A stretch of DNA of 64,000 bases from Candidatus Poribacteria bacterium (GTDB lineage: Bacteria > Poribacteria > WGA-4E > WGA-3G): the NCBI GenBank assembly GCA_965215265.1, contig OZ244048.1, positions 2,400,001 to 2,464,000 on the forward strand. Direction: 5' to 3'. The notes under the pieces are model-generated. The model was not told where the DNA came from. It made no database searches and saw only the letters and a program-made list of their open reading frames with translations. The translations under genes and the position numbers were made by a program. Position 1 is the stretch's first letter. Each line of letters begins with the position of its first letter. Positions 1 through 10,685 of this stretch are shown in pieces.

Positions 1-1
1 T

Positions 2-344
2 ATTATAGGAAAGAAAAGCGCTCGGCATACCACTTCATCAACTCTTAGGGGAAAAGGTTCATGACAAAACACCGTTCGCATACGGTTCTATTGACATGAG
101 CCCGGACGAATGGGCAGCCGAGGCAAAGCGTGCTTACACCCTCGGCTATCGGTTACACCAAATAAAAGCACGCCCCTGGTTCGAGATCCGGGAACAGGTC
201 TCCGCAATTAGCGAGGCAGTCCCAGCCGACTATCAGTTCCGCGTCGATGCAAACGACTCCTTTGAAACGCCTGAACGCACCCTTGAATCTGGCTGCCGTG
301 ATGCCGAATGCAACCATGCCAGCGATTACCCTTGTCGCGTCTAA
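2..344 (+). pseudogene. Mandelate racemase/muconate lactonizing (enolase superfamily) fragment, frameshifted and truncated
   Basis: 'IIGK' (frame at nt 2) and 'LGIPLHQLLGEKVHDK...KARPW...FRVDAN' (frame at nt 21) are enolase-superfamily motifs in different frames. Similarity appears to end after 'ERTLE'. Confidence 0.65.
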
Positions 345-419
345 AGCAGGGTCCAAAACTGAAAGACGGATCAATAGAATTTACGCAGACACCGCGGATA
401 ATAGAGAAGGAGCATTCTG

Positions 420-1187
420 ATGAGAATAAGCATTCTGATCTTGCTCATTTGTCTTATGAGCACCTATATCTCTGTACAGGCAGCACAACTCGGATTAACC
501 AGTGCATGGCTGTTTGAGGAAAATAGCGGAAAGATTGTTAAAGATATTGTCAGCGGACACGACGGTGAAATTAAAGGGAATCTGAAATGGGTGCCTGATG
601 GCAAATTCGGCAGAGCATTAGAATTTCCAGGGAAAGGCGATAGTTACGTTCGTGTAGAACATGACGATGTTTTCAACGCCGAGCCCTATACATTTGTCGC
701 ATGGACGAAGCTCGAAGCAGCATCATGGCAGTACATCGTCTGGCGAAACGGCGATGTCTGGCCTGAACCCGAGAATGTACGTCACCTCGATATCTGGATT
801 CACGATGCAGACTATCCGGTCTTTATGTGGCACGTGAAGGGGGAAGTCGGGCGCATTGATGGCAAAACCGTCGTTGCAGATGGCGAATGGCATCACATCG
901 CCAAAGTCTACGATGGTAAAAATGTCCAGATGTTCGTTGATGGAAAACTAGAAGGTGAAAAACCGACCGGCGGCACGCTTGATACCAGTGAAAGCCCTAT
1001 CTGGATTGGTGCACGCCCCGGAAATGTTGCAGCCACTGGGCTTTTTGACGAAGTTGGCTTCTTCACTCAGGCACTCTCCGAAGATGAACTAAACGATGTC
1101 ATGGATAATGGGTTAGCAGGCTACGCCCCCGTAGAGGTAATTGGCAAAGCAACAACAACCTGGGCTGTGCTGAAAGCACAACATTAA
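420..1187 (+). CDS. Secreted LamG/concanavalin A-like domain protein with conserved C-terminal tail
   Basis: Signal peptide; WLFEE..G, GKFGRALEF, WHHIA, FVDGK, FDEVGFF motifs; C-terminus VEVIGKATTTWAVLK; AAGGAG RBS. Confidence 0.85.
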   Translation: MRISILILLICLMSTYISVQAAQLGLTSAWLFEENSGKIVKDIVSGHDGEIKGNLKWVPDGKFGRALEFPGKGDSYVRVEHDDVFNAEPYTFVAWTKLEAASWQYIVWRNGDVWPEPENVRHLDIWIHDADYPVFMWHVKGEVGRIDGKTVVADGEWHHIAKVYDGKNVQMFVDGKLEGEKPTGGTLDTSESPIWIGARPGNVAATGLFDEVGFFTQALSEDELNDVMDNGLAGYAPVEVIGKATTTWAVLKAQH

Positions 1188-1208
1188 ATAAATGGAGGAA
1201 GATGGATT

Positions 1209-2627
1209 ATGCGAATGCACGTAGGTGGAGAATGGATTGACAAATCCAGCAAAATTGATGTACTCAGTCCTTTTGACGGTACGGTTGTGGATACTGTACC
1301 AAGAGGTGACGCGCACGACGTTGAAACCGCACTTCAAACAGCTGAGCACGGTGCCAAAATCATGGCCGGCTTAACCGGCTATGAACGTTATGAAATCTTG
1401 CGGAAAGTCGCAGATTTGATGCTAGAACGTTCCGATGAGCTTGCCGAGGTCATCACGCGCGAGGAAGGTAAGATTTTAGCCGAGGCAACGGTTGAAGCGA
1501 CTCGTGCTGCAGAGATTATCGCACTCTCGGCTGAAGAGGCAAAACGGGTAACCGGGGAAGCTATTCCACTAGAAGGCGCGCCCGGCGTTAAAGGCAGAGT
1601 CGGCTTTACAGTCCGCGTTCCGTGCGGCATTGTTGTTGGCATTAGCCCTTTCAACTTCCCACTCCATCTCGTGTGCCATAAAGCAGGTCCGGCAATCGCA
1701 GGTGGAAACGCTATTATTATCAAACCTGCAACAGATACCCCCCTTTCCGCCCTTAAGTTAGTTGAACTGTTTGTGGAAGCTGGCACACCGCCGGAAGCGA
1801 TTCAGTGTGTAACAGGACCCGGCGGCGACATCGGCGATGCACTCTGTGCCGACGCACGCGTCCGAAAAATTACCTTTACCGGCAGCCGCGATGTCGGCGA
1901 ACATATCTGTCACGTCGCTGGATTGAAGCGCGTCACCATGGAACTCGGTTCTAATTCGCCACTCATTGTTATGCCAGATGCCGACCCGGAGAAGGTCGCA
2001 CGCGCAGCAGCAGCATCCGGATACTCCAATGCAGGGCAGGTCTGCATCTCAACACAACGCGTCATCGCACATGAGAAAATCTACACGGATTTCTTAGATG
2101 CCTTCCAGGCAGAGGTGGCTCAGATTAGTATCGGCAACCCATTGGAAACAGGCACGCGCATGGGACCCATGATTCGAGACGGCGATGCTACCCGCGTCAC
2201 AGAATGGATACACGAAGCTGTCAGTGATGGTGCTGAACTGCTTACCGGCGGCGAAAAACAAGACCAGTTTGTAACGCCTGCCATCCTAGCTAACGTTAAG
2301 CCAGAGATGAAAATCTCGTGTGACGAAGTGTTCGGGCCGGCAGTTGGGGTAACGCGCGTCAACGACATTGATGAAGCCATCACCCTCGCTAACGATACCA
2401 ACTACGGCTTGAGTGCCGCAATTTTCACTCAAAATGTGGATTGGGCGATGAAGTTCGTCCGAGAGGTCGAATCCGGCAACCTTATGGTGAATTGGGGAAC
2501 GCAGTGGCGCGCAGATTTGATGCCGTACGGCGGACTCAAAGAGAGCGGCATGGGGAAAGAAGGACCCAAATACGCTATTGAAGAGATGACGGAGACCAAG
2601 ATGGCAATTTTCCATCTCGATGGGTAG
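1209..2627 (+). CDS. NAD(P)-dependent aldehyde dehydrogenase
   Basis: PFNFP, KPA, FTGS, MELG, GQVCIS (catalytic Cys), EVFGP and YGGLKESG motifs. Confidence 0.95.
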   Translation: MRMHVGGEWIDKSSKIDVLSPFDGTVVDTVPRGDAHDVETALQTAEHGAKIMAGLTGYERYEILRKVADLMLERSDELAEVITREEGKILAEATVEATRAAEIIALSAEEAKRVTGEAIPLEGAPGVKGRVGFTVRVPCGIVVGISPFNFPLHLVCHKAGPAIAGGNAIIIKPATDTPLSALKLVELFVEAGTPPEAIQCVTGPGGDIGDALCADARVRKITFTGSRDVGEHICHVAGLKRVTMELGSNSPLIVMPDADPEKVARAAAASGYSNAGQVCISTQRVIAHEKIYTDFLDAFQAEVAQISIGNPLETGTRMGPMIRDGDATRVTEWIHEAVSDGAELLTGGEKQDQFVTPAILANVKPEMKISCDEVFGPAVGVTRVNDIDEAITLANDTNYGLSAAIFTQNVDWAMKFVREVESGNLMVNWGTQWRADLMPYGGLKESGMGKEGPKYAIEEMTETKMAIFHLDG

Positions 2628-2642
2628 CAAATTTTGTCAACG

Positions 2643-2687
2643 GTAGGATGTTGCACCCGACACGATTCTGGACGGTGCAACATCCTC
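2643..2687. repeat. GTAG-type REP-like hairpin / terminator between convergent genes
   Basis: gtAGGATGTTGCACC ... GGTGCAACATCCT inverted repeat. Confidence 0.5.
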
Positions 2688-2812
2688 AGAAAAACAGGCG
2701 TGTCTCGATGCCTCGGTGTTAAGCAACACCTCAATAATCAAATCACTCCTCGTTCCGCTCTAAATCGGATCCTGTCTCTCTGACAATCTCTTGCTATAGC
2801 ACGGATGCCTTC

Positions 2813-3409
2813 TCATGCGTTTTGTGCCACCATACTTAAGAGAATGCCCAGGATTTTGTCGGGTTGCTCAATTGTGTAAGCCGCTATGTCAATATCGAGT
2901 CTATTTTCCTCCAGTTTGAGGAATATCCAATCTATGCCCGACGTGATTGCACCATAAATGTAGGGTATGTCATTCTGCTTTTCTACATTAAAACGTTGGG
3001 CGGCAACCATTTCCGATACGCACTGCCCGAACCCGACCGTCAGGTCCTGTTTTGTCTCAATAAGTATGATGGCCGGCGCTTCCAAGTGAAATTGGGCAGG
3101 CGATAGACTTATCAAAAAATCACAAACTACTCCGTCTTCTGCATCTACGTTAAAGTCAACATCCGAAAAGAGACTAATGCGCCGCGCTAGCTGCTCACGG
3201 AGTTCAATCAGAACATTAGCGACGATCGTTTCCGATTTTGCCTTTCCCGGACTAATAGCAAAGGCTAACGGCACATTGCACGCCAATTTTGTGATAAGAC
3301 GTGCACTCGGCTTGACCGGTTCTATGTCAGCACAGATGTCTGTCATGTTCACCGCTTCCAAGTGAAACCTTTTCTTTACTGTTTCTAAGTGCCAATTGTG
3401 ATCCACCAC
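2813..3409 (-). CDS. Hypothetical protein, PD-(D/E)xK restriction-endonuclease-like fold
   Basis: CDFLIS...LIETK...GQCVSEMVAAQRFN...YGAITSGIDWIFLKL pattern of a widespread nuclease-like family. The 5' end may be degenerate. Confidence 0.65.
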   Translation of the reverse strand: MVDHNWHLETVKKRFHLEAVNMTDICADIEPVKPSARLITKLACNVPLAFAISPGKAKSETIVANVLIELREQLARRISLFSDVDFNVDAEDGVVCDFLISLSPAQFHLEAPAIILIETKQDLTVGFGQCVSEMVAAQRFNVEKQNDIPYIYGAITSGIDWIFLKLEENRLDIDIAAYTIEQPDKILGILLSMVAQNA

Positions 3410-3562
3410 GCGAAAAGGCCTCCGACAGTTAGTTGAATGGGAGTTTCCCCGGAAAGTGCAAAAACATTATCCTAATAGTGACGATTTTACGATTTTACGA
3501 TTTTAGGTAGGGCAATCTAGAACTATAGAGTGCCCCGCCTTTTTTATAAATTGAGAGAGGCG

Positions 3563-5635
3563 CTACTCTTCGGCCTCCGCTTTTGCAGCAGCGATGACTT
3601 TCTGGGCTACATCATCCGGAACTACCGCATAATGCACGAACTCCATGGTGAAGCTGCCGCGTGCACTGGTCATAGACTTCAGATCTATTGAGTAGCGGAG
3701 CATTTCCACGAGCGGCACTGTGGCTTGAATCACTTGACGTTTTCCGACTTGTTCGACGCCCATCACCTGCCCACGCCGTCCATTCAGGTCGCCGATGATG
3801 CTCCCCATAAACTGCTCCGGTACGGTGATAGTAACATTCATAATCGGTTCGAGCAAGACAGGGTCGGCCTGTTCAGCCGCTGCAGCGAACGCGATGGAAC
3901 CGGCAATTTGGAACGCCATATCCGAGGAATCAACCGGATGGTGCTTTCCATCGTAAAGATCGATTTGGAGGTCAACGACCGGGTATCCAGCGATGAGCCC
4001 ACGTTCCATTCTCTCGCGAATCCCCTTTTCGACGGCCGGGATATAGTTGCGCGGAATAGCCCCACCGACAATATTGTTAATAAACTCAAACCCTTCACCG
4101 CGCTCTATCGGTGCTAGGTTAATCCAGACATCCCCAAACTGCCCTCTTCCACCGGATTGGCGTTTGTGCCGCCCCTGGATACTTCGGACACGCCGCCGAA
4201 TCGTCTCACGGTACGGGACCTTCGGCGGGGCTATATCGGTTTCTACCCCAAACTTGGCTGATATCCGCTCACGGTTGACCGTGATGTGAAGGTCACCGAG
4301 CCCAGAAATGAGCAGCTGCTTGGTAATCTCGTTACGCTCAATTCTGAACGCTGGATCTTCTTCGGACATCCGCGTCAGGGCGTTCATCAGCTTTTCATCA
4401 TCACCTTCGCGCGTGGGCCGCACCGCATAAGAGATTACTGAATTCGGGAATTCTATACCGGCCAGTTGAATTGGCGCGTCCCTATCAGACAAGGTGTCCC
4501 CGGTTTGCGTCACAGAAAGCTTCGTAATCGCACCGATATCGCCAGCTTCAACTTGTGAAGTGCTAATCGTATTTTTTCCGTTCATGAACGTCGTTTTTCC
4601 GAGGCGCTCCACCTCTCCCCGGCTGGAATTGCTGACTTGTGTATCACTTTGTAAGATGCCGGAGTACACCCTGAAGAAACTGAGCTGCCCCGCAAACGGG
4701 TCGGCAATGCTTTTGAAAACGACCGCGCTCATCGGCGCATCCGGTGTCGGTTCACGGGAATTTTCTGTACCGTCACCACTCGCTACGGATCCAATATCCG
4801 CAGCAGAGGGGCAGCAATTCACGAGCGTATCCATCACCTGCTGCACACCGATATTGTTCAGTGCAGAGCCACATAGCACCGGAACAAATTGGTTTTCGAA
4901 AATCCCTTTTTTCAGTCCGTCCTGAATTTCTTCATCCGAAAGTTCGCCTTCAAAAAACTTCTCGATGAGGGCATCATCACTTTCAGCGGCAACTTCAACC
5001 AGTGCCTCGCGTGCTTCCTCAGCATATTCAACGAATTCCGAGGCGATCTCTGTTTTCTCAGAGCGTTTGCTTCCGTCGGGTTGCATAAAGGTGCCCATCT
5101 GAATAAAATCAACCACCCCCGAAAACTGTGCTTCTTTCCCAATAGGGCCCTGAATCGGAATCGCCCGCGTTTCAAGCGTATCCTCAATACTTGCCAGTGC
5201 GTTTTCAAAATTGGCGTTCTCCTTATCCATTTTATTGATAAAGATTAGACGCGGCAGTTTATATTTCTCTGCTACCTCCCAAACCTTTTCAGTCCCGCCT
5301 TCAACCCCGGTTGTTGCATCGACGACAACGATAACGGCATCAACGATTCGCAGGACACTATAGAGGTCTCCGTAAAAATCCTCTGCCCCCGGCGTATCAA
5401 TTAAATTTAATTTATGTCCTGCCCATTCGCCGATACATACCGAACAATTGATAGTCGTTTTCCGTTCTATTTCGTCAGTGGCATAGTCCGCTACGGAATT
5501 TCCTTCATCTACGGCACCCATACGTTCAATGGCTCCGCCGTTGTAAAGCATCGCTTCAACGAGGGATGTCTTGCCTGCCCCTGAATGTGCGATAATCCCT
5601 ATGTTTCGGATCTGGTCCGTCCTATACTGTTTCAT
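3563..5635 (-). CDS. fusA: Elongation factor G paralogue (EF-G2-like)
   Basis: AHSGAGKT, DTPG, NKMD, YRET, QSGGRGQFG, DSSDMAF and LLEP motifs. Not in an str operon, and G1 deviates from the canonical AHIDAGKT. Confidence 0.92.
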   Translation of the reverse strand: MKQYRTDQIRNIGIIAHSGAGKTSLVEAMLYNGGAIERMGAVDEGNSVADYATDEIERKTTINCSVCIGEWAGHKLNLIDTPGAEDFYGDLYSVLRIVDAVIVVVDATTGVEGGTEKVWEVAEKYKLPRLIFINKMDKENANFENALASIEDTLETRAIPIQGPIGKEAQFSGVVDFIQMGTFMQPDGSKRSEKTEIASEFVEYAEEAREALVEVAAESDDALIEKFFEGELSDEEIQDGLKKGIFENQFVPVLCGSALNNIGVQQVMDTLVNCCPSAADIGSVASGDGTENSREPTPDAPMSAVVFKSIADPFAGQLSFFRVYSGILQSDTQVSNSSRGEVERLGKTTFMNGKNTISTSQVEAGDIGAITKLSVTQTGDTLSDRDAPIQLAGIEFPNSVISYAVRPTREGDDEKLMNALTRMSEEDPAFRIERNEITKQLLISGLGDLHITVNRERISAKFGVETDIAPPKVPYRETIRRRVRSIQGRHKRQSGGRGQFGDVWINLAPIERGEGFEFINNIVGGAIPRNYIPAVEKGIRERMERGLIAGYPVVDLQIDLYDGKHHPVDSSDMAFQIAGSIAFAAAAEQADPVLLEPIMNVTITVPEQFMGSIIGDLNGRRGQVMGVEQVGKRQVIQATVPLVEMLRYSIDLKSMTSARGSFTMEFVHYAVVPDDVAQKVIAAAKAEAEE

Positions 5636-6040
5636 TTTCCATCCTTTTTTCGTCTATTAAAGAGGTAAGGCTAGCCTGGCCTAAAGCACCATGTGCCCAT
5701 CTCCGCCAGAGCAGCCGCGGCCATTTGCATATTCAAATCTCCTTTTGCCGTTAACCACACGGATTTACGGGAGCAACCCATAAATCCCTGGCGAGCGTGA
5801 AAGTCTGGCGTTCCCGTCAAGACAACCGTATGTGAGCACCATACAAAAATTTGTATTCCGTGGAGAAGGAGGCCATTTAAACTAAACTATTTTAGCATAA
5901 AGACACAAAAATTTCAACATTTAAACTGGATTTTTTTAGCAAGGCGTGGTATAAATGATGTTGGTAACCTGCAACACGATGCTGAAAAAAACAACTAGCT
6001 CTACCAGACACTTTCGCAGGCTACGCCCTAAGGAGGACTT

Positions 6041-6862
6041 ATGCCAGATTATACGAGAACCCAGGTCTTAAACCGCCTTCAAACAGAATTGGATACCGGA
6101 AAATCCCTCTTAGCCGTTGGCGCGGGCACAGGCATTACTGCTAAATTCGCCGAACAGGGAGGTGCAGACCTCATCGTCATTTATAACTCCGGACGTTACC
6201 GCATGTCCGGCTTCGGGTCCTGTGCAGGACTTTTGGCCTACGGCGACGCAAATGCTATCGTCATGGAAATGGGAGAACGCGAGGTGCTGCCGGTCGTCAA
6301 AGAAGTCCCAGTTATTGCAGGAGTCAACGGTACAGATCCGACACGACGGATGAGCAACTTCCTCAAACAGGTACGCGACATCGGGTTTGACGGTGTCAAC
6401 AACTTTCCGACCGTCGGGGTAATTGATGGGACCTTCCGTCAAACGCTTGAAGAGACCGGAATGGGTTTCTACAAAGAGGTCGAGATGGTAGGCATTGCAC
6501 ATGACATGGAACTTTTCACCATTATCTATGTATTTAACCCCACAGAATCGGAAAATATGGCATCCGCCGGGGCAGATGTTATTATTGCACACATGGGGAC
6601 GACGGTCGGCGGCTCCATTGGAGCTGAAACCGCTTTCACACTTGAGGACGCAGCAGTACGCGTACAAGAAATCTGTGATGCCGCGAAAACGTCCAACCCC
6701 GATGTGATTTGCCTCGCACACGGCGGCCCCATCTCAACAGCACCCGAAGCAGCCTTTATCAATGACAAAACGGATACAGTCGGTTTTGTCGGTGCCTCCA
6801 GTATTGAGCGGTTCGCGTGTGAGGAAAGCATTCCGAGAGTCACAGCCTCGTTCAAAGTTTAG
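6041..6862 (+). CDS. Phosphoenolpyruvate hydrolase-like / TIM-barrel signal transduction family protein
   Basis: GAGTGITAK, YNSGRYRM, YGDAN, NFPTVG, HGGPI and GASSIER motifs. Confidence 0.88.
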   Translation: MPDYTRTQVLNRLQTELDTGKSLLAVGAGTGITAKFAEQGGADLIVIYNSGRYRMSGFGSCAGLLAYGDANAIVMEMGEREVLPVVKEVPVIAGVNGTDPTRRMSNFLKQVRDIGFDGVNNFPTVGVIDGTFRQTLEETGMGFYKEVEMVGIAHDMELFTIIYVFNPTESENMASAGADVIIAHMGTTVGGSIGAETAFTLEDAAVRVQEICDAAKTSNPDVICLAHGGPISTAPEAAFINDKTDTVGFVGASSIERFACEESIPRVTASFKV

Positions 6863-6989
6863 GTTGAAAACCGTAAAAAAATAGGGTGCACAGCCGGGCT
6901 AAATGAATGAATAGGGGCGGATATAGATAACGCCCCTATAGGTTGCAATACCCAATTAAGAATTCAGCGGTCAATTGCCGCCGGTAGTT

Positions 6990-7748
6990 TTAGACATTAC
7001 ACACATCAAAAGCGGCTTGCATCGCCTCGAGCGCGTCGCCTTTCGGCCCGAATTCATGCCCGACGTAAAGGTCATATCCGGTTTTTGCGATGGCACGCAT
7101 CACGGCAGGATAGTAGATTTCCTGCTCGTCATCCAGATCATGGCGGCCGGGGTTGCCTGCCGTATGGAAATGTCCGATGTACTCAATATAATCGGTGATG
7201 TTGCGAATCAGATCGCCTTCCATAATCTGCATGTGATAGATGTCGTAGAGCAGCTGCGCCCGCGGTGAACCGACACTTTTGCACACCTCAACACCCCACG
7301 CCGTCTTGTCACACTGGTAGTCTGGATGGTTGACTTTGCTGTTGAGGAGTTCGATGCAGAGGTTAACCCCTTTCTCCTCGGCAGCCTTCGTCACGCGCGA
7401 TAGCCCCTCTACCGTATTATCCCGCCCCTCTTCTTCCGATTTGCCTTCACGGTTTCCAGAGAAACAGATCAGACCGGGAATGTCGTTTGCCGCTGCGATG
7501 TCAATATTTTTAAGGATTTCGTCTTCAATTCTGTCGTGATTTTCGCGTTTGTTCAAGCCGTCGGGTAGCGAACTGTGTCCTACGATAATTGCGACACGCA
7601 TCCCGTTGTCACGGACGACGGGCCAGAGCGTCGACGGTAACATTTCAACAGATTTATAACCGATTTTGGCGGCTTTGCGAATGACATCTTCCGGATTTTC
7701 AGCGCCACGGCTGAACCCGCCAAAACAGATGGATTGATTGATTCCCAT
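6990..7748 (-). CDS. Hydroxypyruvate isomerase / xylose-isomerase-like TIM barrel protein
   Basis: ELLNSKVNHPDYQ, LYDIYHMQIMEGD, HFHTAGNPGRH and HEF motifs. Start placed at the ATG at 7748. Confidence 0.88.
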   Translation of the reverse strand: MGINQSICFGGFSRGAENPEDVIRKAAKIGYKSVEMLPSTLWPVVRDNGMRVAIIVGHSSLPDGLNKRENHDRIEDEILKNIDIAAANDIPGLICFSGNREGKSEEEGRDNTVEGLSRVTKAAEEKGVNLCIELLNSKVNHPDYQCDKTAWGVEVCKSVGSPRAQLLYDIYHMQIMEGDLIRNITDYIEYIGHFHTAGNPGRHDLDDEQEIYYPAVMRAIAKTGYDLYVGHEFGPKGDALEAMQAAFDVCNV

Positions 7749-7873
7749 AATTAATGCATTCTCTCTTTTGATATTAGGACAGGCTTGAGCCGCCCCTGAC
7801 AATTTTTTATCTCACACTTAGCACTTAATAAGTAAGTTAAATACCGTTGTTATCACTGTTTGTCTATTGAGGC

Positions 7874-8839
7874 TTACAGGTCAACTGCTTTGCCGGTGCA
7901 GAAGGACGTGCTTGCAGCGAGCATGATGCGGAGCGTCTGGAGTGCGTCGCTATACGGTGATAAGATTTTTGAACCGTCGCCGCTCTTCACTGCATCAATA
8001 AACACACGATCCCGGTCCTGTCCCCCCGCGCCCGAAAGCGGTTCAACTTCGCCTTTGCGGTCTACGTTGTTTGCCCCGCCAACGGTGACGACGAGCCCAC
8101 GGCAGAATACTTCAAGGCGAACGCGTCCGAAACCTTCCATTGCACACGAAGAGACGATGTTCGCCACAGCCCCGTTCTCAAATTCGATGTTCACCATGCT
8201 GATGTCGTCCACGTCGTAATTGGGGACATCTGTCATGCTGCCGCTTGCGGCGACACCGTGTACGGTTTTGCCGTCGCTGCCGACGAGAAAACGAGCAAGA
8301 TCGAAGATATGCGTTGTCTGCTCGACGTGTTGTCCACCGGATTGTGCACGCACACGCCACCATGGGGTACCAGGCAATCCGCCCATCCAATAACCGAGTG
8401 CACCCAGGATTTGTGATTCCGCTTCAAGCATCGCCTTTGCATTCTGTGCATTACCGCCGTAACGCCAATGGTAACCAACACTGGTGATAACACCGGTCTG
8501 TTCAATGTAATCGTTAATGATAATTGCCGGTTCCAGTTCGGAATGGATGGGCTTCTCAATAAACATCGCGATACCTTTTTCGCACGCGATGCGTTCTTGC
8601 TCACCGTGTGCAAACGGAGGCGTACAGATGTAAACCGCGTCCAAATCCTCTTTGTCGTACATTACACGATAATCGGTATAGGCATTTCCCCCGAATTCGT
8701 CTGCGCGTTGTTTCGCACGTTCTTCGGAGATGTCGCACATGGCAGTAAATTCAACGTCGTCAAAGTTATCCTTGAGGTTATTCATGTGTGCGCCTGCCAT
8801 GCCGCCGGTCCCGATAAAACCGAGTTTTACTGTATCCAT
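7874..8839 (-). CDS. Gfo/Idh/MocA family oxidoreductase
   Basis: GFIGTGGMA, ICTPPFAH, EKP and EQTTHIFD motifs; AAGGAG RBS. Confidence 0.92.
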   Translation of the reverse strand: MDTVKLGFIGTGGMAGAHMNNLKDNFDDVEFTAMCDISEERAKQRADEFGGNAYTDYRVMYDKEDLDAVYICTPPFAHGEQERIACEKGIAMFIEKPIHSELEPAIIINDYIEQTGVITSVGYHWRYGGNAQNAKAMLEAESQILGALGYWMGGLPGTPWWRVRAQSGGQHVEQTTHIFDLARFLVGSDGKTVHGVAASGSMTDVPNYDVDDISMVNIEFENGAVANIVSSCAMEGFGRVRLEVFCRGLVVTVGGANNVDRKGEVEPLSGAGGQDRDRVFIDAVKSGDGSKILSPYSDALQTLRIMLAASTSFCTGKAVDL

Positions 8840-9011
8840 AGTTTCTCCTTAAAAAGTGGGTGATTATGAAAAAAATCCGTTAATTTTTCACACTATAGTT
8901 TACCAGAAATCAAACGTTTATAGCAAGATATTTATTTAATCTCACTTACCCCCCCCATTTTTTTCTGAGAGTCGTCTGTGTGATATTGTTAGGTGTGTGT
9001 GTGAGAAAAGT

Positions 9012-9068
9012 GGCAGGATAGGTATTCTTTGTCTGTCCTGAGGGAGAGACAAGAAAACCGAACCTGCC
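9012..9068. repeat. GGCAGG...CCTGCC REP-like palindromic element (copy 1)
   Basis: GGCAGGATAGGTATTCTTTGTCTGTCC..GAGACAAGAAAACCGAACCTGCC; related copies at 26040, 28039 (inverted) and 33945. Confidence 0.8.
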
Positions 9069-9168
9069 GAACCGAACCCCGCCAATCGTTTTGATGTTTG
9101 AAGGTGATTCGCGTGTGTGAGGTTGGAGTTCCGCCCGGTGTCAAAAGACGCGCGGGCGGTTCGTTTTG

Positions 9169-9486
9169 TTATGGAGCGTCACTCGCACGCGTCGGCTTTT
9201 GCTGTGAAACAAGGATTTCGTTCGGCCCTGCTTGTTGTGCTGCCATTCTGCGTTCGCGTGCTTTCCGAATCTGTTCTTTGAGGCGTGCGATGCGTTCGGC
9301 ACAACAGTCACAAGATTTCTTTTTCACTGTGGGCTGGGTTGTTGAAGCAGGCGTGGGTGTTTCCACTCGTGCTTGTTGCTGGGGTGTCTGCGTGTCACGT
9401 GTCTGTGTTGCGTAACTGATAACGCCCAAGCCGAGTGCGATGATGGCAAGGGTGACAATGCAGTAGAAAAGATATATCTTTTTCAT
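9169..9486 (-). CDS. Small membrane-anchored/secreted protein with CxCC motif and coiled coil
   Basis: N-terminal hydrophobic segment, T/P-rich linker, KKKSCDCCAERIARL. Its ATG abuts the stop of the upstream gene. Confidence 0.7.
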   Translation of the reverse strand: MKKIYLFYCIVTLAIIALGLGVISYATQTRDTQTPQQQARVETPTPASTTQPTVKKKSCDCCAERIARLKEQIRKARERRMAAQQAGPNEILVSQQKPTRASDAP

Positions 9487-10599
9487 TCAGTCGTTCTCCT
9501 TATTTCTGCGGATGAGACGTTCAACCTGTTTTGCGATGCCTGGATCTGATTCTTTGAGTCGACGGAGTCCTTCTTCCGGACCATAGCGATTCAAGGTTTG
9601 TAGTGCGCGGTTGAAACGTTCCGGCGAAAAGTATTTACGCAGGGCTGTCTCTATATTTTCTTCGCTAAGTGCTTTGAAATCCGATTGCCTTAGCGGTGCC
9701 GTCGGCTCTATCACGAGGTCTGCCGCTGTTTTGGGTAGGGCTGGAACGTCGTCTTTTTCGTCTGATGTCAAATCTCTTTGCGGACTTCGTATCGGATCTG
9801 ATGGGCTGACAGTTGAGCGATCCACTGATATCTCTTCAGAAGTTGAGAGGGGCTGTGTCCGCGTTTCTCCTAATGCTTCCGTTGACTGCATCGCCCTGTT
9901 TTTTATCTCCTTGAGCCAAGATACGGCACTATCTAGATTCATATCTCGTAGCGAAATATTAGAGCCAAAATGGGCAAGATACCACGCCGATGCCCGTTCA
10001 TCTGCCATAAATTTATTCAACACGCCGCTATCATAGCCGCCATTTTCAATGATCATAGCCGTTAGTTTTTGGCGCATTTCCGGCTCATAATCCGAAGGGT
10101 CGCCCACAGGAAAGTGTTTGCGAAACGGCTGGTGCAACAGATCTCTGGAAATCGACAATCCTTTATCTGCTAAGAAATTCATCAGCTCATTGTAAGTCGC
10201 GCCGCTATTGATGAGGTCAAGATACTCTTGGGATTCTACAATCTCATAATATCTTTTTACCTCTGGCTTCGCGAGCCTTTCAGGCGTTTGCCAGCTCTTT
10301 TGCCGATCTATTATCACTTTCAGCCTTGCTTCTACGTTACGTGGATGTGAAATCGGTAAATTTGGATCCGTCACATCCACGAGAGTTATTTCATTATCAC
10401 CATCCTTGTCTACAAAATCCTTCGAGCTCGTTTCTGTTTTCTGAGGCGTAGAAGCCGCATCGCTCGCAGATTTTGGTGCCGTAGCCCGATAGATTGTCTT
10501 GACTTCTGGGGTATCTGTCGTTGACAATTTCCATAAGGCAAAAACAATCAGGACACTCAGGAGCATGAGAATTGGATACAAAACTCGTTTTTCCTTCAT
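9487..10599 (-). CDS. Uncharacterised single-TM protein ('YGPEEG..DP' C-terminal family)
   Basis: N-terminal TM after MKEKR; C-terminus RYGPEEGLRRLKESDP resembles that of 52301..53170. Confidence 0.75.
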   Translation of the reverse strand: MKEKRVLYPILMLLSVLIVFALWKLSTTDTPEVKTIYRATAPKSASDAASTPQKTETSSKDFVDKDGDNEITLVDVTDPNLPISHPRNVEARLKVIIDRQKSWQTPERLAKPEVKRYYEIVESQEYLDLINSGATYNELMNFLADKGLSISRDLLHQPFRKHFPVGDPSDYEPEMRQKLTAMIIENGGYDSGVLNKFMADERASAWYLAHFGSNISLRDMNLDSAVSWLKEIKNRAMQSTEALGETRTQPLSTSEEISVDRSTVSPSDPIRSPQRDLTSDEKDDVPALPKTAADLVIEPTAPLRQSDFKALSEENIETALRKYFSPERFNRALQTLNRYGPEEGLRRLKESDPGIAKQVERLIRRNKEND

Positions 10600-10621
10600 T
10601 TTTTTTCTTCCTTTGAGCAGT

Positions 10622-10674
10622 GTTGTCCGTCTGGATCCCTTAGGCAATTCCACCCAAAGAACTCGACGGACAAC
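10622..10674 (-). terminator. Intergenic stem-loop directly downstream of the Cys-rich peptide gene
   Basis: GTTGTCCGTC ... GACGGACAAC perfect 10-bp stem. Confidence 0.5.
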
Positions 10675-10685
10675 CTCAGAGATTT

